A DNA stretch of 64,000 bases from Lama glama (lineage: Eukaryota). The DNA is taken from assembly GCA_028534125.1 (NCBI GenBank), contig CM052817.1:87174001-87238000 (forward strand), given 5' to 3'. Each line of letters starts with the position of its first letter. The first letter of the stretch is position 1. This document shows, piece by piece, positions 26,480-39,690 of this stretch. The notes beneath the pieces are model-generated. The model searched no databases. It was given only the letters and a program-made list of their open reading frames with translations, and had not been told where the DNA came from. Position numbers and translations under genes: made by a program.

Positions 26480-27580
26480 AAGAAACAGCAGATTCTGGAT
26501 CTGCTACAAAAAATTAAAAACCTGGAACATCTTGTCATATAGGAAAAAAATAAATCAACAGCTAATGACCATAACTGGTAAAAAATAGAATTTGAGCATC
26601 AATAAACATAATTCAAATTGGAGTATAACAGGTATGTTTAAGTCTGTGAATCCATAATATCATAGTAAAGAAAATCTTATTGGTCACATTTGGAGGAATT
26701 AGCAAACCAAATCTTTATTTTAAAATTGAAAAATAAATGAAAAAAACTAACTAAGTCTCTAAACTAATTTGTTTACTTACTTCAGCTAGTGGGAAGTTTA
26801 TAAAGGGAAATTTCTCTTTTTGGAAGTTTTTGGCTGACAAATGGGGAGGCAATGACAGAGCTGGAGTGCCATGGCTTTCCCATCCCTAGTGGGTCAGCAT
26901 TCTTTGTGGTGATCACAGGGAAATGACTGCTCTCTAAAGAGAGACATGACATTGTATATCACCTGATGGAGGTGCAGATCCCACCAATGAAGTAATTTAT
27001 AAAAAGATCAAAACTAAATCTGCCAGACCTAACTACCCTTTTATCAGAAGTCAGAGATAAAGGATCTGGAACACAACCAGCAAAATTTATAATGTGGAAA
27101 ACTCTAGGGGAAAAAGTGTGATGCTGCTGCTTCTGTGACAAAGTTACAAGGAGGGAAAGGATGATTAAGAGGAACCTACACTATACTTCAACAAAAAAAG
27201 AATAAAAAAAAAGAGGAACCTATAGATTAAAAAGAGGCTTGAGAGACATAACAGCCAATCACAACATATAGAACTTATTTAGATCTTGATCTAAACAAAC
27301 ACACAGAAAAGTAATGGTTTTAAAATAAGGGTTTATAAATAGGGATACTAGCTAGATTTTTGGTGATCTTAAAATACCACTGTTAAAATTTAAAGATACA
27401 ATAGCAGTACTGTGGGTGCCATCAGATGATGTCTGCAATTTACTTCAAAGCAAGAGATGTCTTAAAATGATAATTTAAAAACTGGGTGGCAATTACATAA
27501 TAATTCATTATATTATTCTCTTAATTTTGGTATGCTTTTGAAATTTTCCATAATGAAATTTGATATAATAAAAATATTTT
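26480..27580 (+). mobile_element. Old L1 (L1MC4/5-like) 3'UTR, interrupted by a 32-nt young insertion
   Basis: cctggaacatcttgtcata; ataatgtggaaaactct; acctatagattaaaaagaggcttgagagacata; ttgaaattttccataat. Confidence 0.8.
27179..27210 (+). mobile_element. Ultra-short L1 3' terminus plus A tail
   Basis: CACTATACTTCAA plus A-rich tail between perfect 12-bp repeats AAGAGGAACCTA (27167-27178, 27211-27222). Confidence 0.85.
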
Positions 27581-28048
27581 TAAAATATGTTCTTCTCACT
27601 GTGCTTTGAGACAATTAAAGGTTTAAAGCGCCAAACTTCCATAAGGTACAGATGTGAAGAACAGAATAATTACTTATAAAATGTAAAAAACACCACCTGC
27701 AGAGGTATTTAGTAAGTTAGGATGTAAAACAGAAACTTGAATGCCTCACTTAGCCAAGGTAGGATTAGTAGAAATTTTTTCTCTCTGTAAATTAATAGAA
27801 GAACATTTTGCAGAGGAGGGAGTTGAATTGCCATATTACTTCAGTGTTTAATTGGAGAGTTACTAGCAAATGATGAAAGGTACAATTTAGCTGAAAAGAA
27901 TAAACTTTGTATACAATTGGGAGTAGATGAAGCAACTTCCACAATAGTATAAGGTTGATCTCTTCTTACCTCTCACATCTTGTCTTCACTATCAACTTCC
28001 CAGAGTGACCTTCCACTCCAAGCAGATCCCTCCCTACTGCTCAGTCTC

Positions 28049-28275
28049 ATGGTTCTCAAAGTGCTGTGTCCTGGGGTACCCTGTGGTGCCACAGCCAACT
28101 CACAGGGTCACCGCTGGGGAGTTTAATTTCTTAGTTTAGTCCACAGCAACATCTGCCAGACACCAAACAGACTAGTCATGTTAATTTTTTGGAACTAACC
28201 TATTAATGAACAAAATTATTAGTTGTTTCTTTTTGTGTAGTGGTGCCATGAGCCAAGAATGTCTGGAAACCTCTG
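28049..28275. mobile_element. hAT-Charlie element (Charlie7a/MER112-like)
   Basis: ggttctcaaagtg...ggtgccacagccaactcacaggg...cacagcaacatctgccagacacc...tctggaaacctctg termini. Confidence 0.7.
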
Positions 28276-28769
28276 TCTTAATCACAGTTAAGGGACTCTG
28301 CGCAATCTCAAAAGGTATATAAATATTTATACAAATTAAGCTTGTTTTTGTCTCTCCCACTGTTGAGTGTTCCAATCCCCACTGTACTGTGGCTAACAGA
28401 GTGCTGTGAACACAATAGGGGTTATATGCTTATTTACTTATTTAATCTATTGAATATATGAATGAACTGGTTAGATGAATACATGAATACCTAGTGAAGG
28501 AATCTGAAGAAATAAAAAGACAAAAAAAAATCAGAGTGAGTCTTTTGATATGGAAAGAAGCAGGTATAACACTAAGTAAAACTTTGTAACAAAATATTTC
28601 ATAGTAAAATTCAAGAGATAGAAACTTTGACCAGATAAGAAAGCACTGATGGTTAAGAAATACAGAGACAAGGGGCCAAACATGAAAATAGTATAATAAA
28701 TACAAAAGATAAACAACTAAAGCAGGAATAAATAGGGGTAAAAAATGAGAGAAAGTAGGAACACTTTCA

Positions 28770-28960
28770 AGTGGTTAGCATTTGTCCCGCACAGCTAGGA
28801 GTCCTCTGTATTCTGTTCCATCTGCTCTTCCTAACAGTTCTCTACAGCAGATACTGCCATCCTCATCTGAAAATGGGTGAAATGAAGCTCACAGGAGATA
28901 ACTAAATCATAGGTGTTCATTTAGTTCTAAGCAATGAAGTCAGAATTGGAACATAGATCT
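28770..28960 (-). mobile_element. MIR SINE
   Basis: atcctcatctgaaaatgggtgaaatgaagctcacaggagataactaa. Confidence 0.6.
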
Positions 28961-30317
28961 CTTTAATATTTTTTTCCTGTTCACCAAATTTAAAATATAC
29001 TTGCGGACTATTTCATATATAAAAGTAGTAAGGCACTGCTAGGGAAGTTTTGCTGAGATGATTGACTAGTGAAAAATAATTAGGTCTTTTTTCACCCATT
29101 TTGGTGATTAGTGTCTTGATCTTTTTTTTCTACTTCCCCGAGGGAATCAGAATTAGAAAGGAATGGGTAGAGAACATGAATAGTTCTCAATTTGCCACGG
29201 AAATTTGCTGTCAAACAATTGAAGTGAACTTTAAATAAAGAAAAATTGCAGAGCATGACTGGTTAGTGAGTATATGTAGGTGGTTGTGACAATCACATGT
29301 GCCCTTTTAACACCTCTAAAATCAGAAGGCATGGTGACATCTGTCATAGGAGTTTTAAACTAAAAGGTGAAAATATTTTTCTATTTTTTTTCTTTTTAAT
29401 TGTTTTTCTCTTTCAGTACTTTTGAACGTATAAGCAAACAGTCACCACTTTCAATCCATACATTCTCAAGGCTCAAACTGTAGTAATTTCATTAGCAATT
29501 GTAAGGAGATGCATCATGGATTACTAGTCATTAAATACAGTTGTTGCCCATCTAGCACTCCAACTGAAAGGCGTTATTACAGTTATTTCTAAAGTAGTAG
29601 CAGGGATATGGAATGCTATCTTTCCTTCTCAGATTAAATAATAGAGAGGAACAGGCATCTAATAGCAAGGATGAAAAAACACTGGTACTGTGCACTCGTT
29701 CAGTCTTCTTCATCTTTGGGTTCTAAAGTGTTTTCACAAAATTAACTCACTTTGACAAAGAAACAATTTTTGCAGAGTGAAAAATGGAGGAAATAAAAAT
29801 ATGAATGACTTGCTCCAGGACACAGTATAGCATGGCTTTATAATGTTTCAGTCATTTTTATGTTTATTTTGATTTAGGATAGCACATTTCTTAAACAAAG
29901 ATTCATCAAAAGCAATACTTAATTGTTTATTAGGTACTCACCTTTTTAGGGATAAAAATAGTGATTGGTTGTACCCACCTTCAAATGTGGAATCAGCAGA
30001 GATACTCCCTTTCATCTTACTAGCAAGCCTCAAGTCATTTCACCTAAAGATGAGTTCACCTAAGACAGTTTTGCCCAAAATTCAATCCTATTTAAAATGT
30101 ATTTTTGCACACTATGCTTTCAACTGAGTGGCATTTTTGTCTCTTTTTTTTTTAAGTTTAAGCACTTTTAAAATATTTTTTCTAAGACAGAAGTTTTAAA
30201 AAGTTGAGAATCTGATCTTAGTTTTATTTATTTCTCTTCAGAGCAATGCACATGCATAGCACTTTTGTCACGTGTGGATTTAATTTCTTTAACAAAATCA
30301 TTTTATTTCTGTGATTC

Positions 30318-30725
30318 TGTGATGTGCTGCCCAGATGACCATTCAGAAATAGAGGACTTACAACCTCATCATGGAGTGCTGCCAGCAGACTGCCTCCCAC
30401 TGACCACACCCTCCTCAGCTGACAACTACCCCCCCCCCCCCCCGCAACCTAAGTCAGCTTCCATGGGTGGCCACCTCCAAAGACGTGTCAACGCCAGTGT
30501 CATAGAGACCTGGCCCCCCTGCCTCAACTAGAGACCACTCTGAACTTCCATCTCCAAGTCAGAGCTCCAAGTGGGGTCCCCTGAGGCTAAAATTAGGACT
30601 GCATCATAGCTCAGCTTCTCTCTCTGACCAGTCTGGTGCCTTTCCTTCCACAAGAGGTGATCCTAAGATTACTCCCTAGTCAACCTCTTCCATGTCAAAA
30701 TAATGTGAGAACCTGATCTGGGCCA
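30318..30725 (+). mobile_element. ERVL LTR (LTR16A-like)
   Basis: C-rich body; ggactgcatcatagctcagcttctc; ggtgatcctaaga...actccctagtcaacctc. Confidence 0.75.
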
Positions 30726-30960
30726 ACAAACAAACATGTCTCTCTCAATCTTATGTTTCAGTACAAAAATAAAGAATCAATTTCAGAGTAAAAAAGGAAA
30801 AAAGGGTGTGAAAAACCTACAAAATACACTTCAATTCTAATACAAAGGGACTTTTCAATAATGAAACTATTTTTGTAGCATTTAAATTAGAAAGATGAAA
30901 GTATGGATAATATATAATGGCAATTGCTATATAATTTAAAAAATGCATTTATTTATTTTC

Positions 30961-32064
30961 CTTTTCTATTTTTTTTAATTGAAGCATAGTCAGTTACAAT
31001 GTGTCAGTTTCTGGTGTACAGCACAATGTCCCAGTTATGTATATACATACATATATTCATTTCATATTCTTTTTCCTTAAAGGTTATTACAAAATATTGA
31101 ACATAGTTCCCTGTGCTATACATGAGAAATTTATTTTTTTATCTCTTTTTATATATAGTGGCTAACATTTGCAGATCTCAAACTGCCAAATTTATCCCTT
31201 CTCGGTAACCATAAGGTTGTTTACTATGTCTGCGAGTCTGTTTCTGTTTTGTAAATGAATTCATTTGTGTCCTCTTTTTTTCTTTCTTTAGATTCCACAT
31301 ATAAGTGATGTCATATGGTATCTTCCTTTCTCTTTCTGGTTTACTTCACTTAGAATTATGATCTCTAAGTCCATCCATGTTGTTGCAAATGGCATTATTT
31401 TATTCTTTCTTATGGCTGAGTAGAGTAGTTTTCTGTTGTATAAATAGACCACAGCTTCTTTATCCAGTCATCTGTTGATGGACATTTAGGTTGCTTCCAT
31501 GTCTTGGCTATTATATATAGTGCTACTATGAACACTGGGGTGCATGTATCTTTTTGAGTTAGGGTACCCTAAGGATATATGCCCAGGAGTGGGACTGCTG
31601 AATCATATGGTAGGTCTATTTTTTAGTTTTCTGAGGAATCTCCATACTGTTTTCCATAATGGCTGCACCAAACTGCATTCCCACCAGCAGTGTAGGAGGA
31701 TTCCCTTTTCTCCACACCCTCTCCAGCATTTATCATTCATGGTTGAATGATGGCCATTCTGACTGGTGTGAGGTGATACTTCATTGTAGTTTTGATTTTC
31801 ATTTTTCTAATAATTAGTGATACAGAGCATTTTTTCATGTGCCTGTTGGCCATTTGTGTGTCTTCATTGGAGAATTGCTTTTTTAAGTCTTCTGCCCATT
31901 TTTGAGTTGAGTTATTTTTGTTTGCCTGTTATTAAGTTGTATGAGCTGTTTATATATTCTGGAAATTAAACCTCTGTGAGTCACATCATTTGGGAATACT
32001 TTCTCCCATTCTGTAGGTTGTCGTTTTGTTTTGCTTATGATTTCCTTTGCTGTGAAAAAGCTTA
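30961..32064 (-). mobile_element. Young 5'-truncated L1 (ORF2 C-terminus and 3'UTR)
   Basis: T tract at ~30961-30976; ORF 31883..32104(-) contains TAKEIISKTKRQPTEWEK...LISRIYKQL, typical of L1 ORF2. Confidence 0.95.
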
Positions 32065-32071
32065 CATTAAA

Positions 32072-32193
32072 ATTTTGGGGAGGAAGGTAATTAGGTATAT
32101 ACATTTATTTAATTTTTAATGGAGGTACTGGGGATTGAACCCAGGACTTCATGCATGCTAGGCACACACTCTACCACTGAGCTATACCCTCCC
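32072..32193 (-). mobile_element. tRNA-Ala-derived camelid SINE (vic-1-like)
   Basis: tggaggtactggggattgaacccagg...ctaccactgagctataccc head plus ggtaattagg/A-rich tail module. Confidence 0.92.
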
Positions 32194-32309
32194 TCTGTAA
32201 TTTTTTGACATCTATTCAGTTTTACTGCTCAGTTTGGTCACAACTATGTCAAAATACTGATTCACAAAGTATGTTTTATCAAATGGAATCAATGTTTCCA
32301 TGATTAGAA

Positions 32310-32686
32310 ATACTAACCTATTATTTAGCACTAGTTATAAAGACTTAACAAACATAATTTTAAGTAAAATAGAGGCTTGCTTTTTTCTCATTTATATCCT
32401 CAATATTATATGCTTCTCCTGCTTTCCATCTTCACTATCCTTAACATGAAACTCATGATGCTAATATGACTACAAGAGCACTGGACATCAGGTTTCTAGC
32501 AGGAAGAAAAAGTAAGAGTTTAATAACTCTTCACATCTTGTTACCTACCTCTTATCTGAGATGGAGGCTGGAAAAGAGAGGTTTTTTGTTGGCTGGCATG
32601 GGTATGTACATTTTTGCCTCTGATAGTATAAGCAATCTAAGAAAAGAGAATTGGTATTCAGTGGAAAGCTAGCTGTCTCTGCTACA
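32310..32686 (-). mobile_element. Old ERVL/MaLR LTR (LTR33/MLT1-like)
   Basis: Reverse complement starts TGTAGCAGAGACAGCTAGCTTTCCACTGAATACCAATTCTC, resembling LTR33/MLT1 5' ends. Confidence 0.6.
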
Positions 32687-32698
32687 GAAGAAATTCTT

Positions 32699-32990
32699 TT
32701 TTTAAAAAAATTGAAGTGTAGTTGATTTACAATGCCATATTAATTTCTGGTGTATAGCACAGTGATTCAATTATACATATACATACATATATTCCTTTTC
32801 ATATTCCTTTTCATTATAGGCTATTACAAGGTATTGAATATAGTTCCCTGTGCTATACAGAAGGAACTTGTTGTTTATCTATTTTATATGTAGTAGTTAG
32901 TATCTGCAAATTCTGAAGTTCCAATTTATCCCTCCCCAACCCCTCCATGCCCTAACCATAAGTTTGTTTCCTATGGTAGTGAGTCTGTCC
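32699..32990 (-). mobile_element. 5'-truncated L1 3'UTR
   Basis: Homologous to 30975-31245; TSD ACAGAAGAAA(T/C)TCTT at 32684-32698 and 32991-33005. Confidence 0.92.
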
Positions 32991-35217
32991 ACAGAAGAAA
33001 CTCTTGAATCAAGAGGCACAGAATTATCCTCAGATCTTTTTATTCAGATTATATTCTATAATTTTTTTTTCATAAATCAGGAAAGTCAACTTTGATAAAT
33101 TCTGCTTGTGCTTCTGCCTCAGTAACAGAGCTGCAGTTAGTCCACATTCCTCTTTAAGTGGTATTAACAAAAGTTACTATCAAAACTATGTATTGATTCT
33201 AGATGTCCATTGATTTCCACTTGCAGCAAAGTTGACAAATTCTCAGAAGCACATCCTTTTTCTGCCTACAATCACCATTTCCAGATGGGCATGTTGAAAT
33301 ATTATATGCTTAGCAGCATGTGAGTTTCCAATCACAGAGCCTTAAATAAAAAGTGTCCTCATTTGTGTGGCCCCAAATATATCCCCAAGAAGTAAAACCA
33401 TAAATGAACTCCTTTCAGTCAAGTTGTTCTTTGGGGATTTCATTTTGTATGAGAAAACAGTGATATTTACCAATAAAAAATTCTATCAAATGCTTCAACT
33501 AATTCTCTGCAAATTCAGCAAATTCTCTGAGTTGTAAAGAAGAACTTCATGTTTTATTTTGATTACCCTAATTTAAAATACTTTTAAGAAGAGGATGAAC
33601 CAAAGCTGTAGCTCTAATGATGACAAAGAGTTTCTTCATGTTCAACAGGATTGATGGAATAATACCAAAATAAATATAGCAGCACTTGCCAGCATAGAAA
33701 TTAGTGAGTCACAATTTTCAATGCAGCTTCTTGACCAGAAAAGCAAATCTGGATGCATTTCCAGGTATTCATATGCTTTCCTTATATTGTAACTCTAAGA
33801 TTTCATTTTTTAGACAGAACAACGGTTGGTAAAGATACTTTCTAAACTTTCAAAGTCACTAGATATAATTTCAAGCTTCAGAAATCTACTCATAAATTAG
33901 TAATTCTTGTTTTTAATGGAATTAGTGTGCATATAACAGAGGAAAAACAGAGTCTCATTGCCTGGAGGAAAGACAGTATTTTCAATCAAATTGCATACTG
34001 ACTGGAAATGGCACAGCTGCATTTTCTTCAAAATATTCATTTCAAAATATTAAAAGATATTTCAGTATTTGTAGACCAGATAATGTAATTTGGTGGCAGA
34101 AATGGCTTTGATTTTCTTCCTTTGCTTTAAGGCTTAAACCAAATCAACCATTTCCAGGACACATGTTCAATTCAGTTATCTGTTTCCTGAACAGATGCTT
34201 CTGTGGTTATCTCTGCTGCACATTATTGATAAACTATTTATTAAATCCCTGTCATCAAATTTTCAGATACCCTTCCAGTCATTTGAGTAAAATACTGAAG
34301 ATTTAGAGGAAAATATCTCAGCTACACTGATATTTTGTGTTTCCTATTTGTATTTACTCAAGTGTCTGTGACAATTTGGTTCACTGAAATTACTCAGGAT
34401 GTTTCTAGTTAAAAGATCTGTCAAAATACTCTTAAAAAGGTTAGATTAACTTTTAAGTTGCTTCGAACTGATTCTTTTTGTTTTTCAGTATCTATGTATT
34501 GTCATATTGCTTCAAATTAGAGACAGAAATATCACCAGATTATCATACTTGAAGTGTTCATTTGTAGCATGGAGGTAACATAAAAATCATAATAAATATA
34601 ATAGTTCATGTTTAAATGTACTTACATATAAATATAAAGATATTGTGTGTTCTAGTTTAAATTTTATATTCAGTTAATTTAATTTTATTTCAAGTTAGTG
34701 GCTCAATTTGTAGCAAATTATAATGATACTGATATTATGCTAGTAAGCAACCAACCAAGTGTTCATAGGCATATTGGTATGAATTTAAGAAAAGAAATAC
34801 TGAACTGGTTTTGAACAGTAATTAACATCTTCATCTAAATCCTCATTATACCAAATGATAATTAATTATTAACAAAATGTATTAAATATATATCCATTTC
34901 ACTAATAACAAATGATCATTATGAATAATTAATCATTTGTTACCAATGTACTCAATCAGATAACAAAGCCAAATTTTCTTTTCTAGCAAAAGAGAATATT
35001 ATTATTTTATTGAATTAAGATAAGAGCCAATGGTTTTCTGCTCCTTCTGTCACAGATGTGTACTAGTACTATATATTATTTTAATAATTAAAGTTTGAAT
35101 GACTCTTCTTGAAAAATAATTAAAACAAGTTATATTACCATAATATACAGTAGCATCATCAATATATTTAATAGATTTACTTACTTTTTAAAATATGTTG
35201 AATAAGAATTTTGACTT

Positions 35218-35756
35218 TTAAACTACATAAATGACTTACACAAACCAATATCAAAAAAATAAAAAGAACCCAATTATAAAGTAGGCTGAGGACCTGAATA
35301 GGCATTTTTCCAAAGAAGACATACAAATTGCCAACAGGTAAATGAAAAGATGCTCAGCATGACTAGTCATCAGGGAAATGCAAATCAAAAACCACAATGA
35401 GGTGTCACCTCACACTAGTTAGAATGGCTATCATCAAAAAGACAAGAAATAATGACTGTTGACAGTGTTGGTGAGGATGTGGAGAAAAGGAAACGTTTGA
35501 GCACTGTTGGTAAGAATATAAATTGGTAATGCCACTGTGGAAAACAGTATGGAGGTTCCTCAAAAAAGTAAAGAGAGTTATTAAACATTCCTCTCCTGGG
35601 TATTTATCTGAAGAAAATAAAAACATTGATTCAAAAACATATATGCACCGCAATATTCATAGCAGCATTTATATTCACCAAGGTATGGAAGCAACCTGCA
35701 ACCTAAGTGTCCATTAACAGATGACTGGATAAAGATTTTATATACATACATATATA

Positions 35757-35836
<80 letters not shown>

Positions 35837-36264
35837 TATTACTTAGCCATAAAATAAACAAAATTTTGCCATTTGTGACCACATGGATGAACCTGCAGGG
35901 CATTATACTTAGTGACGTTAAGTCAGACAAAGAAGGACAAATACTATATGTTTTCATTTATATGTGGAATCTGAAAAATAAAGCCAATGAACCAATATAA
36001 CAAAACAGAAACAGACTCACAGATACAGAGAATAAACTAGTGGTTACCAGAAAGGGGGGGAGGGCGTGGCAAAACAGTTGAAAGGGATTAAGAGGTACAG
36101 ACTACTAAGTATAAAGCAATAAGTTACAAGGATGTGACGTAGAGCATATGGAATATAATCCATATTTTATAATAACTTTGAACTACAGTCTATAAGAATA
36201 TTGAATTATTATGTTGTACATCTGAAATTAATATTGTAAGTCAACCATACTTCAATTTAAAAAA
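35218..36264 (+). mobile_element. 5'-truncated L1 (L1MA9-like 3'UTR)
   Basis: ORF2 C-terminal motif [12 protein letters not shown]; perfect 14-bp TSD AAGAATTTTGACTT at 35204-35217 and 36265-36278. Confidence 0.95.
35757..35832. repeat. Compound (TG)n(TA)n(GA)n microsatellite inside L1
   Basis: TG 35757-35778, TA 35779-35800, GA 35801-35832. Confidence 0.95.
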
Positions 36265-37210
36265 AAGAATTTTGACTTCTGCGGATCTTAATATAAAAAC
36301 TTTTTCTTATTTTTGAAAGCATTTGATTTTGTTTGAACAGGAGTGGATAAAACATTTAAAAAAAAAACTATTTTGATCAAGGAAAGTTGACCAAAAGGGC
36401 TATTTTAAATTTAATACACTGATATAATTGTACTGGTTTGGGAGGTTCCCAATATATAACTCCCTCAAATAACTTATGTTATTAAAAAAAGAAAAACTAC
36501 ACACATCTAAAATAAAGGCGAAATAGAACCAGAAACACATGCAATCAGGACACAAAGTGAACATGAACTTACTTATTTTAAAAAGCATAACTGCACCAGA
36601 AATAACAAGATGATCTCAAAGTACAGATCAAACATTAATCTTCTTTTATGATGGCAGTGTGTATATTACTAGTATATGAGAACAAGCATCTGACAGTTCA
36701 CATTTCTGTCAATCAAGTAAAAAATATTTCAACAGATTACTGAGGTTGCTTTATTAGTCATGCGTAACAGTGCATAAGACATACAAAATATTATTGTAAT
36801 AATATTTAATTTTCTTAAATAATAGCTTATGTGTCTAGTTTTTTAAGATTACATATTTGAAATGATCTAGCAAAAATATTTCATTGAAAGGAGAGCCTTT
36901 TCTTCACTAATGATCTAGCAAAATACAAGTAAGGAAATAAATTATGTAACCCCAGAATAAAGCAGTAGAATTGCCTGCACATGATAATCAGAATTACAGA
37001 ACTATATATTACTCAAATTTTTCTAGATTTCTGCATAATTAGATCAGAATAGAAACTATATTTGTTAAGTGTATTAGAAATAAAAAAGTAATATGTTCTA
37101 AATACAAACAGAACAAATGCTACTTCATTTAGCATATATACCCTTTCTTAGTCTAACAAAATCATACTAACTCTATCAACATCAGCATGTGAAATTTTTT
37201 CAGTTAAGAA

Positions 37211-37290
37211 GACATTGTGCTGTATACCAGAAATTGACACATTGTAACTGACTGTACTTCAATAAAAATAAATAAATAAATAAATTTTAA
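37211..37290 (+). mobile_element. Short L1 3' terminus with (AAAT)n tail
   Basis: gacattgtgctgtataccagaaattgacacattgtaactgactgtacttcaat matches the reverse complement of ~30978-31030. Confidence 0.88.
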
Positions 37291-37514
37291 AATTATGAAG
37301 AAGTAACTCCATACGTTGCTGGTTGCTATGTAAATTGGTACATGTTTTGAAAAGCAGAGTGTAAGTTCATGATAAGAAACTTAAAAATAATTATATTCTG
37401 ATCCCATGATTCTAATGTATATTTTCAGTAAGTAACAAATTACAGAGTAAGAATGAGAAGGAAAAGATGAACTAAAATATTAAACAGAAAAAAACTTGAT
37501 GCGCCTCAGAGGCA

Positions 37515-38010
37515 TGGGGTCTTGGTTTGGGTTCCCATGAAACCAGGGCGTAAGTGCATGTAACTGATTTATTCTGAAGGTAATCCTAAGAAAAGAGGGA
37601 GTTGGAAGAACGAGGCGGAAAAAAAAAAAAAAAAGAAGCACACCAATAAAGGGTGAGCTGCTGATCTGGACTGCTTTGAGAAACTGGATTTAGATCTTAC
37701 TGTGATCTTCCGAAAAATAATTTTAAATCGGCGTCATTTCTATACCTACAAAAGAATGAGGTATGGCACAATTATCTACTAGTTTCTGAACTCCAAAAGA
37801 TAAATATTTTGCTTAATATTTTAATCTCTCACACTTCTGAGTTGTCTCATGTTCCTGTAAGTTGGGGAGAAAGAGGCAGAAATTTTAGAAGTGGTGTCAG
37901 AGCCTTGAAATCAAATGCTGCTAAGTTATGCAGGAACTGTTCACTAGAGGTCCAGCTAGAATTAGTAATGGACTAAGAATTTGTGGACCAGGGCAGTATA
38001 AGCACCTGAC
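37515..38010 (-). mobile_element. ERVL LTR (LTR16-like)
   Basis: gtttgggttccc...gtgcatgtaactgatttatt...ggtaatcctaagaa...ccaataaagggtg. Confidence 0.65.
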
Positions 38011-38690
38011 ACAGAAATTATTCCACTCAAATTATCTCATGTCCACATTAGGTGCACTTAGCATGGTGTCTTGCTACAGTCTAAAAAGATTTAAGACTAG
38101 AGGATTAGTGGAACAAATATTGTCTAAACCCTGTAGTTGTCTTGAGATGGTAATTGATGGTCTCATCAACGTCCTCTACCACTGATATTCTGCTTACATC
38201 ACCCTTAAGCATATTTCAGCTTCCCTAGGTCTCTTGCACACATGGTGAAGTCATCCAGTTTCAATTCCTGAGGGAATGGAGCCCTTAGTTTTAATGTCTA
38301 GATCAGAATGGGGTTGCTAAACTTGTCATCCCAATGTTTTTACCAGACATGGAAGCAACAGGAGAGACCTCAGTAAACTCCTCAAGTCCTAGACAATCGC
38401 AATGTGCCCACTAGCGACACATGATAATAATCAAGATAGGTTATCCTCTCCAATATGTAAATTTTGTCTTTTCCTGCTAGCTACTGTAAAACACCACCAT
38501 ATATTATCTGATGTCTTAAAATACAAACAGTAAATATCTTCGAGCACAGCACTCCAACTCCTTAGGGTGTCATTCCAAACTGGCACTTTAGCTAAGTGTT
38601 TAATGGTCACTCGTTCTAAGGTGACATACTCAGGGTTTCATCACGATAAAGCAATTCTGTAAGCCTTCAGATCGTGAAGTCCTGAGTGTA
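38010..38690 (-). mobile_element. Probable ERVL internal remnant next to the LTR
   Basis: ggattagtggaacaaat...aattcctgagggaatggagcccttag resembles ERVL internal sequence; directly adjacent to the LTR. Confidence 0.5.
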
Positions 38691-39690
38691 TTTTTTTTAT
38701 CACAATCTATCTTCAAGTGATATAATACCACTTCACATAAAACCATTCAGTAGTGTACAGCTGGCCCTCTGTATTTGCAGGTTCTGCACCTGTGGATTCA
38801 ATCAACTGTGGATTGAAAACCACACACACACAAATTCAGAAAGTTTCAAAAAGCAAAATGAGTTTGCCACACTGGCAACTATTTACACAGCATTTACTTC
38901 ATATTAGATATCCTAAGTAATACAGAGATGATTAAAAGTATACAGGAGATGTGCATATGTTATATACAAATATTACATCATTCTATATAAGGAACTTGAG
39001 CATGTACAGATTTTGGTATCTACAGGGGTCTGAGGGATGACTGTACTTCCGTCTATTCTCCCAGTCTTTATTCTATTGTTGTCATATATTATGTTTATAT
39101 AAAGCCCACAACTCATTGTTATTACTTGTTTAGCTATTCTCTTTTTAAAATATACAAATTTAAAAAAATTACCCGTTTAATTACCATTTTCATTGCTCCT
39201 TTTATACTTCTAGATTTTAATCTGGGATCATTTTCTTCTGCCTGAAAGACTTCTTTTAATATTCCTTGTAGTGTGGTTCTGCTGTGGATGACACTTTCTA
39301 GTTTTTGTATGATGGAGAGTCTCTATTGCTCCTTCTTTTTTCAAAGATTGTCACTGGGTATAGAATACAAGTTTGACAATTTTTTCCCTCTTCAGTGCTT
39401 TAAATATGTATCATTGTCATCTTGCTTGCATTGTTTTTAATGAGACATCTGTTTTCTTTCACATCTTTTTTTCTCTATATAATGTGTTTTCTCTGGCTGT
39501 TTTTAACATTTTCTTTTTATCAGTGGTTTTAACAAATTTGATTATCATGTGCTAGCATATTTTTCCTTATGTTTCTTGTGCTTGAAATTTGCTGAGTCTT
39601 ATGGATTTGTCGTTTAAAGATTTTATCAAAATTGGAAACTTGTCAGCCAATATTTCTTCTAATGCTTTTTTTCTCTCTTCTGGTGTCCAT
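38690..39690 (-). mobile_element. Old L1 (L1MC/MD-like) ORF1/inter-ORF region, antisense
   Basis: ttcttctgcctgaaagacttcttttaatatt...actgggtatagaat...ttcagtgctttaaatatg...ttttatcaaaattggaaa. Confidence 0.8.
38758..39043 (-). mobile_element. TcMar-Tigger MITE (MER2/MER2B-like) nested in L1
   Basis: TA|CAGCTGGCCCTC...GAGGGATGACTG|TA termini with TA duplication; antisense homolog of 20648-20999. Confidence 0.9.

Noticed and set aside
30330..30720. GC-richer patch as a promoter or CpG island
   Set aside because: CpG-depleted and explained by an LTR16-like element; no CpG island is visible in the window.
31544..32104. ORFs 31544..31750 and 31883..32104 as genes (likewise 35405..36000, 7189..7734, 39853..40077, 41526..41777)
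   Set aside because: Sense or antisense translations of truncated L1 sequence.
33630..33710. Exon-like segment caacag|GATTGATGG...ATTA|gtgagt
   Set aside because: Stops in all three frames and a modest acceptor; such matches are frequent in AT-rich DNA.
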